DNA of 64,000 bases, taken from Mobula hypostoma (lineage: Eukaryota). The position numbers and the translations under genes are program-made. The DNA is taken from contig NC_086101.1 of assembly GCF_963921235.1 (NCBI RefSeq), forward strand, positions 11,782,001 to 11,846,000. The letters run 5' to 3'. Shown here one piece after another: positions 38,628-49,951 of this stretch. The notes beneath the pieces were generated by a model. The model was not told the DNA's origin and did not search any database. It saw only the letters and a list, made by a program, of their open reading frames with translations. Position 1 is the stretch's first letter. Each line of letters starts with the position of its first letter.

Positions 38628-39890
38628 CCACCACCATGCTTCACGACAGGGATGGTGTGGGGATGCTTCATTGCAGCAGGCCCTGGTTGGTTTGTGAAGG
38701 TAGAGGGTAAAATGAATACAACTAAATACAGGGAAATCCTGATGCAGTCTGCAAGAGAACTGAGACTTGGGAGAAGATTTGTTTTCCAGCAAAACATAGC
38801 ATTTAGCCTAATGACTTAAAAGCTCAATTTTGGTTCATCAGACCATAGAACCTTCTTCCAGCTGACTTCGAAGTCTCCCAGATGCCCTCTGGCAAACTCT
38901 AGCTGAGTTTTTTCAACAGTGTTTTTTCATGGGAGTTTTTTCAACGGTGGCTCTCTCTCTCTCTCTGCCACTCTCCCATAAAGCTGCAACTGGTGAAGCA
39001 CCCGGGCAACAGTTGTTGTATGCACAGTCTCTCCCATCTCAGCCACTGAAGCTTGTAACTCCTCCAGAGTTGTCATAGGTCTACGCCCGCACTTCAAGAC
39101 TGAAAAATAGCTTTTTCACCAGAGCTATAATTGCTTTGAACCAATCGATCAAGCATCGTCCATAAATTGTTATATTGCTATTTTAATATTGGTTTTATGG
39201 CTGTCATGCATCTGAGTTGCGCTTTTGTCCTGCTGGACATTGCTTGTACTGGCTGGTTACTTGATTTTATTTATTCATTTATTTTATTTGTTGTTTTATA
39301 GCAAGTTTTATTGAGTACGAGAGTTGCAAACTCATTTTCGCTGTATTGGTGCATGACAAATTGTGCTATGCAATGACAATAAAGATATTTCATCATTTCA
39401 TTGTCTCTTGGTGGCCTCCCTCACTCGTCCCCTTCTCACACGGTCACTCAGTTTCTGAGGATGGCCTGCTCTAGGCAGATTTACAGCTGTGCCTTATTCT
39501 TTCCATTTCTTATGATTAACTGTACTCCAAGGAATATTCAGTGACTTAGAAATTTTCTTGTATCCATCTCCTGACTTGTCCTTTTCAGTAGCCTCTTCAT
39601 GGAGTTGCTTGGAGTGTTCTTTTGTCTTCATGGTGTAGCTTTTGCCAGGATACTGACTCACCAGCAGTTGGACCTTCCGTATACAGGTGTATTTTTACTA
39701 CAGTCAATTGAAGCACCTTGACTGAACACAGGTCTGCAAAATCAAATCTCCATTTAACTAATTATGTGACTTCTAAAGCCAATTAGCTGCATCAGTGATG
39801 ATTTGGTGTGTCATATTGAAGGGAGGGGGGTGTTGAATACTTATGCAATCAATTACTTTGTGTTTTATAATATTTGAATTAATTTAAATA
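38628..39890 (-). mobile_element. Rearranged Tc1-like transposon fragment with an inserted LINE 3' end (~39083-39402)
   Basis: Matches the 51713-53265 element; a ~140-bp piece (WGCFIAAG..FVFQQ) is inverted relative to the rest. Confidence 0.8.
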
Positions 39891-40538
39891 TATATCTATC
39901 TCAAGTAGTTAAGTTAAAATCTGTAGTGCAAAAAAGACAGAAATAAAAAAGAAGCAGGGAGGTGCTGTTCATGGGTTCAACATCCATTTAGAAATCGGAT
40001 GGCTGTCTCTCGTATCTCCCATTCATCTTTGATTGTTTCTTTTCCCCACTTGCCTACACTGCCTGTTGCCCTGCAGGCATTCAATTTCCCTGCATGTCTC
40101 TGGGTTGACAGAAACTCAGCTTGGTGATCTACACCCTTTGTGGGCAGCATGGCGGCGTGTTGGTCAGCGTAAAGCTTTACAGCGCTAGCGACGGGTTCAG
40201 TTCCCGCCGCTGCCTGTAAGGAGTTTGCACGTTCTCCCTGTGACCGCGTGGTTTGATTTCCTCCCTATTCTAAGTGATGTAGGGAATCGGAGGTGCTTTG
40301 GTCGCATGGGTGTAATTGGCTGGGGTGGTCTCGTTGGGCCAGAAGGGCCTGTTACCATTCTGTAAATCTAAATAAAACATAAATACAGACTCCTCAGAAT
40401 ACCACTTACACCTCAACCTCCGCTTGCAGTGCCGTTGTATTTTCGGTGTGTCCTTGGTAGAAATAATTCGAATGTCCGTGTAATTCCTGCTCTCGGTGTC
40501 ACTCTGGGTCTAATTTTTGTGTTTATTGTTTATTTCAG

Positions 40539-40561
40539 GACGAAGCTCTGCATAAGACAAG
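40539..40561 (+). CDS. TRIM-C exon 4 (23-nt microexon)
   Basis: T-rich tract, TTTCAG|GACGAAGCTCTGCATAAGACAAG|GTAGAG; restores frame between exons 3 and 5. Confidence 0.85.
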
Positions 40562-42350
40562 GTAGAGTCTGCCACTCACTGAAACCCTGAGCACTTTGGT
40601 TCAAAGAAAGCAGTAGAAACGTGCTTATTACTCACTACTTTGTTTCTCTATTTGCACTATTTAATGAATTTAACTTTATATGTACTTACCGTAATTTACA
40701 GATTTTATGATTATGCATTGCAATGTACTGCCTCCACATCATAAGAACAAACTTCACGACGTATGCCGGTGATATTAAACCTAATTCAAAATTTAAAGAT
40801 TCACAGAATGTATGAATTATACAACTTTGAGATGTGTTTGCTTACAGGCAGTTGCAAACCTACAAACCAGAAAGAACCCAATTTTTTTAAAAAAGCCAAA
40901 GTAAATACCAACCGCCCAATGTGTATAGAAAGAAAGAGAAAAAAACACAGGTCATGCAAACAATAGAAGCAACAACAACAGCATTCCGAACCAAACTGAG
41001 TCCTTGGATCCCACTCCCTGGAGCAGGAGTAGGCCCAAATCCTCATCATATTAGTGGGGTAAACGGTCACAAAGTTCACAGACACGAAGCACAGCAGCCG
41101 GAGGTAGTCTCACAGCCTCCGTATCGCAGGGAGAGGAGTAAACATCGTGGGAGAGTGAGCAAAATCAGCCCGACTCGCAATAGCCTGCCTTTGCGATCTA
41201 TCTGGGATGGCTTTTAAATTGTCCAAACAACAGATCGTATCTCGCATTAGGACCCGGGCTCCGCAGCAGTGAATCGCTCCAGGCCTAGAACATGCCAAGA
41301 ACATGCCACCCAGCGATTCACTTCAGGCCTAGATTTCACTGCCGAAGAAGCCATTCTTGGCCTCTCCAAATCAGCTCGGAGCTTAGAGTGATCCAACCTT
41401 GCATCTGGGTTAGTTGGACGGGCATCAAAACCCCTCCGTCTCAACTTCTCTCCGACTTGCTCACTCCAACTCCATCTCCATTCTCATCCAGTTTTCATTC
41501 TATCACAATCGTTTATTATCACTGACATACAGTAGGTTGTGAAATTTGTTGTTTTGGGCAAGCTGTACATGCAAAATTACCGTAAGTTACATTAAAAAAT
41601 GAGGTACTGTTCATGGGTTCCTGGTCTGTTCAGAAATCTGACGATGGAGTGGTGGAAGACATTCCTGAATCTTTTGAGTATGGGTCTTCATGCTGCTGTA
41701 TTTCCCCCCGGTAGTAGTGATGAGAAAAAGGCGAGTCCCAGATGGTCTGGGTCCTTAATGACGACTGCCACCTTCTTGAGGCATCACTTCATGAAGACTT
41801 CCTTGATGGTGGGGAGGAGGGTTGTGCCTGTGATGAAATTGGCTGAGTGTGGAGGCCAATTCTCTGGATTCTTTCAAGAAAGAGTTAGATAGAGCTCTTA
41901 AAGATAGCGAAGTGAAGGGATATGGGGAGAAGGCAGGAAAAGGGTACTGATTGTGGATGATCAGCCATGATCACAGTGAATGGCGGTGCTGGCTCGAAGG
42001 GCTGAATGGCCTACTCCTGCACCTATTGTCTATTGTCTTTCGATCTTCTATATTGGAACCTCAATACCAGGCGGCGATACAACCAGCCATAATACCTGCC
42101 ACAGTGCATCTGTGGCAATTTGCTATGGTGACGTACCAAATCTAAAATTCCTAATGAAGTATAGTGTCTTTGTCATGATCTCATCAATATGTTGAGCAAA
42201 GGACAGATCCTCTGAGATGTTGATGTCAGCATCCTTTGCTGTCAGATTAGCCCTGATAACTCTGCAATGCCCAGCTATGGCGTTAAAGGTACATCTAGGA
42301 TTGGATATCATTGTTCTGTACTTCAATAACCATCTTTCTGATGTTTGCAG

Positions 42351-42466
42351 GACGGCTGAGGAAGAGAACCAACCAGCACTGGTGGAAGTTGGCCTGGCTA
42401 TTGAAAAATTCAACGGCCCCATACAGTACGTCACATGGAAAGAAATGATTGATTCCTTGAATCCCG
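42351..42466 (+). CDS. TRIM-C exon 5
   Basis: TTGCAG|G; TAEEENQPALVEVGLAIEKFNGPIQYVTWKEMIDSLNP; CCCG|GTAAGA; 116 nt. Confidence 0.92.
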
Positions 42467-42551
42467 GTAAGACTCAAACATTCCTGCTTCTGTCTGATCA
42501 CTTCTCTTGCACTGCTGGTGAGGTTACATTAGCGAGACAGAAAAGTCCACA

Positions 42552-43192
42552 AAAAAACTGTATACAGCCCAGTCCGTCACAGGCAAAGCCCTCCCCGTCA
42601 CTGAGCACATCTACAAAAACTCTGTATACAGCCCGGTCCATCACAGGGAAAGCCCTCCCCATCACTGAGCACATCTACAAAAACTCTGTATACAGCCCGG
42701 TCCGTCACAGGGAAAGCCCTCCCCGTCACTGAGCACATCTGCAAAAACTCTGTATACAGCCCAGTCCGTCACAGGGAAAGCCATCCCCATCACTGAGCAC
42801 ATCTGCAAAAACTCTGTATACAGCCCGGTCCGTCACAGGCAAAGCCCTCCCCGTCGTTGAGCACATCTACAAAAACTCTGTATACAGCCCAGTCCATCAC
42901 AGGGAAAGCCATCCCCATCACTGAGCACATCTGCAAAAACTCTGTATACAGCCCAGTCCGTCACAGGGAAAGCCATCCCCATCACTGAGCACATCTGCAA
43001 AAACTCTGTATACAGCCCGGTCCGTCACAGGCAAAGCCCTCCCCGTCGTTGAGCACATCTACAAAAACTCTGTATACAGCCCAGTCCATCACAGGGAAAG
43101 CCATCCCCATCACTGAGCACATCTGCAAAAACTCTGTATACAGCCCAGTCCATCACAGGGAAAGCCATTCCCATGGTTGAGCACATCTACAA
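42552..43192 (+). repeat. 64-bp minisatellite (about 10 copies) derived from a Rex1-like LINE segment
   Basis: Unit CTGAGCACATCTACAAAAACTCTGTATACAGCCCAGTCCATCACAGGGAAAGCCATCCCCATCA every 64 bp from 42601; LINE sequence resumes after 43190. Confidence 0.95.
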
Positions 43193-43477
43193 GGGCACCG
43201 CCACAAGAAAGCAGTATCCAGCTTGACCATTCTCTCTTCTCGCTACGACCATCGGGCAGGAGGTACAGGAGCCTTAGGTCCTACAGCAACAGGTTCAGGA
43301 ACAGTTATTACCCTACAACCATCAGGCTCCTAAACTGGTGTGAATAACTTCACTCACTTCAATGCTGAACTGAATTCACAGCCTACCACTCACTTCTGCA
43401 CTCTACAATGCAGTATTATCTCCTTACTTTTTATTATTTGCTCTGTTTTCATTCTGTTGTACAATAGTTATCTGTCA

Positions 43478-44368
43478 GGAGGGAAGGATGAATACAGGGC
43501 CCTGGTGGAGGACTTTGTCAAAAGGGGCAAGCTGAATCATCTGCAGCTGAGCATCAGTAAGACAAAGGAGATGGTGATGGACTCCAGGAAGACCAAGCCT
43601 GCACTGCTCCCTGTTACTATTGATGTTGAGAACCTACAAGTACCTGGGGGTGCACCAGGATGACAGACTTGAGTGGAGCACCAACACAGAGGCGGTGTAC
43701 AAGAAGGGCCAGAGCAGCCTCTAATGAGGTCCTTTGGAGTCTGCAGGCCTCTCTTTACATATTCTATCAGTCTGTTGTCACCAGTACAGTCTTCTATGTG
43801 GTGGTGTGTTGGCACAATGGCATCAACACGGGTGATGCCAACAGGCACAATAAACTGATTGGAAAGGCTGGCTCTGTTATAGAAGTCAAACTGGACACAC
43901 TGGAGGCTGTGGTAGAACAAAGGACCCTCCTGGCAATTCTGGACAATGTTTCTCACCCTCTGCATGCCACCTTGGCTGAACGGAGGAGCACTTTCAGTCA
44001 TATACTGAGACAACTGCACTGCTCCAAAGAGCATTATATTCTTACCCTCGGCTATTAGGCTCTATAATAAGTCAACCTGTAGCCAGGGAATTAATGACCC
44101 CCTACTGTTATTCAGCTCTTTTTACCAGAGCTCTGTTTAAGCTCTGTTTACCACATCCTGCTATCGGGGAAACATTGTGCAATACTCCATCACCTTCTTA
44201 TCTAGTTGGTGTGAATGTGCACCCATTACTGTATAATATTACAGTAATTCTTATTTTTAAGGTAACTTATTTTTTATTCTTTCTTTCTTCTAAGATTTAT
44301 ATCTGTGCATTTGTAATGCTACTGTGACACTGCAATTTCCAATGTGATCAATAGAGTATCTATCTATA
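43478..44368 (+). mobile_element. Rex1/Babar-type LINE 3' fragment
   Basis: DEYRALVEDFVK..HLQLSISKTKEMVMD; FYQSVVTSTVFYVVVCW..ILDNVSHPLH; (TATC)n tail. Confidence 0.85.
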
Positions 44369-45184
44369 AACTTTAAGTGGGAGAGAGCAGGCACGTGTTA
44401 AAAAGTGGCTCCCTTCTGAGACTGCGAATTTCAGAGGGACGTAGTGCCTCGGGTCCATGTGGAAGGGTTAGAACCAGAGTTTTCCTTCTCCTAGATCAGC
44501 TGCTAACCATGACTGGCCAGCCCCATCTGCCCAAAGCAACTGGTTTTAAGGTGCCAGCAGCTGCCTTTGCCCCTTCTCCTGACTGCAGAAATGGTTCCAC
44601 CGGGCTCAGTACCTAAGCCACACGTGAAGGCCAGGAGCTGGACTTGGTTGTCAGAGGCTGTTGGGAGCATTTACTAGGCAGCGGGAGCTTATCCCCAGTA
44701 CCTTCCCCTGCTCTAACAACCTTAAGGAACCATGATCCCCGTAAACGTGTTTAAGTTTCCCGGGGTGCTCCAGTTTCCCCTCATTTGCCATGGGCATATG
44801 GTTGGTATCTTAAACATTTCTTCCCCCAGGATGTTAATCTGATAAAACATTCTAGCTCGACCCTCCCACCACACCCTCTCTATCTATTACCTCAGTCACT
44901 GCGCTGCCCTGTAAACACTCCAATCCACTTGTTATAATGCCGTTTACATGTTGGTTTTTATATATTTATGCACATTTTGTTCCACATCTGCTCCTTTAAC
45001 CTCTAATTTTATACAATCCTTTATAATTGGTGAATGTTGTTGCTTTTCGTTGCATGTTACATCTGGACCAACACACCACAGCAACTTGAATGTAGTCTAT
45101 AATGTAAGTAAAATTGATCCTGTTAGCCAGCCACTCTGAGTTGCCCGGGGCAACACTGGCAGAGCTCAGTGGAGAGAGTAAATC

Positions 45185-45433
45185 ACAAACACAAGGAAAT
45201 CTGCAGATGCTGGAAATCCGCAGCAACACACACAAAAGGCCAGGCGACACCTATCGAGTACAGTCGATGTTTCGGGCCAAGACCCTTCTTCAGGACTTCT
45301 TCTGTCCTGAAAAAGTGTCTCGGCCCGAAACGTTGACTGTTTACTCTTTTCCATCGATGCTGCATAAATTGCTGATTTCCCCCAGCATTTTGTGTGTGTG
45401 TTGGGCCAGATTCTGCAGAACCTCTTGTATCTT
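45185..45433. mobile_element. Head-to-head pair of Penelope-like terminal fragments
   Basis: Hammerhead-motif arms 45261-45296 (-) and 45304-45339 (+) with a 7-nt spacer; flanks match the same repeat family in opposite orientations. Confidence 0.75.
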
Positions 45434-46663
45434 CACTGTGAATAACCTGCGGTGTAGACAAGTGCCAGGATTAGGGCGGCTTGGTAGTGCAGAGGTTAGC
45501 GTGACAGTATTACAGCTCAGAGCGTCAGGACAGTTCAATTCCAATGACATCTGTAAGGGGTTTGTACATCCTCCCCATGAACACATGGGTTTCCTCCAGG
45601 TGCTCTGGTTTCCTCCCACAGTCCAAAGATGTGCTGGTTAGTCGGTTAACTGGTCATTGTGAATTGTCCTCTGATTAGGACAGGGTTAAACGGGTGGTGT
45701 GTGGCTGGTTGGGCTGGAAGCTTTCCAGGTTGTATCTCTAAGTAAATAAACAGCTGCAGAAGTGCAGCTGATGTACAAATGCATTATGTGCAGCAGAGCT
45801 GGCAGTCACGCAACTCGCATGCAGAGATTCTGGCAGGGGCTCGCACCTGAGTGCCACGCCCCTGCGTGGGGCAGATCGAGCCCCTCGGTCAGGAGAGAGC
45901 AACAGAGGGGGAGGTGGGAGGGAGACCAGTAAAGGCTTTTTCAGAAAACTGTAAAGATTAGCTTTTTTTTTTTTTGCCCCGTATACATGGAAGCGTAGGG
46001 TAAAATGCACTATCATGTCAATGACAGATAGACTGAGTATGTGCTCACTTCCGGTGTCATCACAGCAAGCCCACCATTCACTGACCCTGACCCGTACAGC
46101 TTTTGAGTGTGGGAGGAAACCGGAGCACCCAGCGGAAACCCACGCGGTCACAGGAGCTGTACAGGCAGCAGCCGTAATCGAGCCTGGGTCACTGCCGCTG
46201 TTAACCGCTGTGCAAACGTGCCGCCCGCTAAGGCCAGGGGAAGGCGGCCCAGTTGGGACGTCGACGGGAGGTGAAAAGGTTGAAGAAGAAGGGGAATGTG
46301 GGGTCCTGGGGAGATGGTAGGTACTGGAAATCATCACGGGAAGGGAAAGAATTGAGGCCAGGATGGTAGCACAATGGTTAGCGTAATTGCTTTACAGTGC
46401 CAGTGAACACTGATCGGGGTTCGATTCCCGCCACTGCCTGTAAGGAATTTGTATGTTCTCCCTGTGACCGTGTGGGTTTCCTCCCACAGTCCAAGGGTGC
46501 ACACGTTAGGGTCGATAAGTTGTGGGAGTCTATGTTGGCTAAATCCCTGCAGATTTGATTTGATTGGGTGCAAACAACACATTTCCCTGTAGGTTTCAAT
46601 GCTTTGATATACATGTGACAAATAAAGCTAATCTTAACCTTAAACCTTTCCAATCCATGTACC

Positions 46664-47540
46664 ACACATAAAAGTTGCTGGTGAATGTAGCAGGCCAGGC
46701 AGCATCTCTAGGAAGAGGTACAGTCGACGTTTCGGGCCGAGACCCTTCGTCAGGACTGACTGAAAGAAGAGCTAGTAAGAGATTTGAAAGGGGGAGGGGG
46801 AGATCCAAAATGATAGAAGAAGACAGGAGGGGGAGGGATGGAGCCAAGAGCTGGACAGGTGATTGGCAAAAGGGATACGAGAGGATCATGGGACAGGAGG
46901 CCTAGGGAGAAAGAAAAGGGGGAGGGGTATAGGGGTATAGTGAGAGGGACAGAGGGAGAAAAAGGAGAAAGAGAAAAAAAGAATGTGTATATATAAATAA
47001 ATAACAGATGGGGTATGAGGGGGAGGTGGGGCATTAGCAGAAGTTTGAGAAGTCAATGTTCATGCCATCAGGTTGGAGGCTACCCAGACAGACGGACTTC
47101 TGCTAATGCCCCACCTCCCCATCGTACCCCATCCATTACTTATTTATTTATATACACACATTCTTTTTTCTCTCTCCTTTTTCTCCCTCTGTCCCTCTCA
47201 CTATACTCCTTGCCCATCCTCTGGGCTTCCCCCTCCCCCTTTTCTTTCTCCCGAGGCCTCCTGTCCCATGATCCTCTCATATCCCTTTTGCCAATCACCT
47301 GTCCAGCTCTTGGCTCCATCCCTCCTCCTCCTGTCCTCTCCTATCATTTTGGATCTCCCCCTCCCCCCCCCACTTTCAAATCTCTTACTATCTCTTCTTT
47401 CAGTTAGTCCTGACGGAGGGTCTCAGCTCGAAACGTCGACTGTACCTCTTCCTATAGATGCTGCCTGGCCTGCTGCGTTCGCCAGCAACTTTTCTGTGTG
47501 TTGCTTGAAATTCCAGCATCTGCAGATTTCCTCGTGTTTG
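46664..47540. mobile_element. Inverted pair of Penelope-like terminal repeats
   Basis: Left arm ~46664-47045 (-, extending into the GIY-YIG 3' end to ~47090) and right arm ~47096-47540 (+) are reverse complements. Confidence 0.9.
46721..46758 (-). ncRNA. Minimal type I hammerhead ribozyme motif (Penelope-type)
   Basis: RNA CAGUC-CUGACGA-A-GGGU(CUCG)GCCC-GAAA-CGUC/GACUG: 5-bp stem I, intact core, stem II, palindromic ACGU stem III, GUC cleavage triplet. Activity not shown. Confidence 0.75.
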
Positions 47541-47917
47541 CAATCCATGTACCGATCTGTCTTTTGAAAGTGGTGTTATATCTGCCTCATTCAGTTTCTC
47601 CGGCAGCTTGTTCCACAAATACTGAATACTGTCCCTCGCGTTCCTATTAAATCTTCTCGCTAAACCTGTGCCCTGTTGAACCACTAGCAGGGAGAAGGAC
47701 CAGGAGAGAATTCTGACGCCCATATGGCAAGGAAGTAAAGAGCAACCTGGGATATAATTTCCCAGATCCTCCGGTCTGCACTAGACAGGGCAAGCAGGAT
47801 GAGGGTGGAGGGGGACCCACCGATCACTGGTGCCCTGAGGAATGCTTGGAACACACACTTAAAGTGGTGGAGATTTTCGTCAGATCACTCACCATATTTA
47901 CCTTTCACCCACTTCAG

Positions 47918-48468
47918 CTCCAGCCCCGTTGACTCTGGACCCGAGGACTGCCAACCCTTGGCTCATTGTGTCCAAGGACCGGACCAGCGTCTGGTGCGGA
48001 AAGAGGCGGCAGGAGCTCCCGGACACCCCGACCAGGTTCGACCGCAGAGCTTACGTCCTGGGGTCGGAGGGATTCACCTCGGGGAAGCACTACTGGGAGG
48101 TGGAGGTGGGCGACAAGATCTGGTGGGGTGTGGGGGTTGTCAAGGAGTCAGCCAGTCGGAAGGGCAGCGGCGAGCTGAGGCCTGAGACCGGATTCTTCAC
48201 CGTGTGCTGTCTGCCTGGGAAAGGCTACGTGGAATTCTCCTCCCCCTCGCGCGGCTCCCTCACTCCCAGCACAAACCCCAGGAACATCGGCGTGTTCCTC
48301 GACTATGAAGCCGGGCAGGTGTCATTTTACAACGCTGACAACATGTCCCATCTCCACACCTACACCCACACTTTCGTCGAGACGGTCTTCCCCATCTTTA
48401 GTCCAGGCCGGAACGACGCTGGGGATAACTCAGCTCCATTGAGAATCCGCAGGGTGAAATCCCACTGA
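47918..48468 (+). CDS. TRIM-C exon 6 (PRY-SPRY/B30.2)
   Basis: TTCAG|CT (alternative in-frame AG 6 nt downstream); LTLDPRTANPWL..RFD..VLGSEGFTSGKHYWEVEV..IGVFLDYEAGQVSFYNA..VFPIFSP; TGA at 48466-48468. Confidence 0.95.
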
Positions 48469-48549
48469 GAGCACTCCCTTCCCTAACTACACACTGCAAA
48501 CCTGCCTCTTGGAAGTGTGCAAACTTCTTGTTTGACCCCTCTGCAATGT

Positions 48550-49250
48550 TAGATTTAGATTTAGATTATGAGAACACTCAGTCCTCTTTTAGTGTCATTT
48601 AGAAATGCATACATGCGTTAAGAAATGACACAATGTTTCTCCGGAGTGACATCACAGAAAACAAGACAGACCAAAGACTAACACTGATAGAACCACATAA
48701 TTATAACATATAGTTACAGCAGTGCAAAGCAATACCATAATTTGATAAAGAACAGTCCATAGGCACAGTTAAAAATAAGTCTCAAAGTCCCAAGTCGATC
48801 GACTCCTGAGTCCCCAATAGCAGGCGGCAAAAGGGAGAAACTCCCTGCCATAAACCTCCAGGAACCGTCAACTTGCCGATACCTTGGAAGCAGCCGACCC
48901 CAGCCGACCCTGAGTCCATCCGTCTGAAAACTCCGAGCTTCCGAGCAGCCTCTCCGATACAGCCTCCCGAGTGCCATCCTCTGCCGAGCGCCTTCGACCT
49001 CTCCCCGGCCGCTAAAACATGCAAAGCCGAGGATTTCGAGGCCTTCAGTTCCAGAGATTCTGGTTACCACACAGTAGCAGTGGCAGCAAAATGGGCATTT
49101 CAGAAGTTTTCCAGATGTTCCTCCGTGCCCTCACGTCTGTCTCCATCAAATCAGGATTGTGCACGGTCCCCTACTTGACAGATAACAGATATTCATCACC
49201 GAAGTGGCCGCGCGTGCTGCCGTCACGTCGCCATCTTCTCCTCCTTCCTC
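48550..49250 (-). mobile_element. Non-autonomous LINE-derived retroposon (copy 2), just 3' of the TRIM-C stop
   Basis: Reverse-complement relative of 13235-13858; AAGATGGCG head, (AATCTA)n tail. Confidence 0.75.
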
Positions 49251-49500
49251 CCGGGAGGATTAGGGCAGCACAGTGTAGCGTATGGATTACTCGTGCAATG
49301 CTATCAAAGTGCCGGTGACCAAGGTTCAATTCCCACCGCTGTCTGTAAGGAGTTTGTACGTTCTCTCCGTGACCTCATGGGTTCCTCTGGGTGCTCCAGT
49401 TTCCTCCCATATTCCAAAGACGTAAACGGGTTAGTGGGTGCAATTGGGCAGTGAGAGCTTGTTGGCCAGAAGGGCCTGTCACTTTACTGCATCTCGCAAT

Positions 49501-49951
49501 CAGGGGGTCCCAACATGGGGTCCACAGACCCCTCAGTTAATTAGACCATAAGATATAGGAGCAGAAGTAGGCCATTTGCCCCTTCGAGTCTGCCCCGCCA
49601 TTTAATCATGGGCTGATCCAATTCTTCCAGTCATCCCCACCCCCCTGCCTTCACCCCATACCCTTTGATGCCCTGGCTAATCAAGAACCTATCTATCACT
49701 GCCTTAAATACACCCAATGACTTGGCCTCCACAGCCGCTCGTGGCAACAAATTCCACAGATTTACCACCCCCTGACTAAAGTAATTTCTCCGCATCTCTG
49801 TTCTAAATGGACGTCCTTCAATCCAGAAGCCATGCCCTCTTGTACTAGACTCCCCTACCATGGGAAATAACTTTGCCATATCTAATCTGCTCAGGCCTTT
49901 TAACATTAAAATTGTAGGGGTCCGTGGCATAAAAAAGGTTTGGAACCCCAG
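49501..49951. mobile_element. hAT-type MITE in a V-SINE tail, itself split by a CR1 3' end (~49542-49907)
   Basis: CAGGGGGTCCCAAC..GTTTGGAACCCCAG termini; imperfect 8-bp TSD CTCGCAAT/CTCTAAAT; related MITE at ~54040-54110. Confidence 0.7.
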
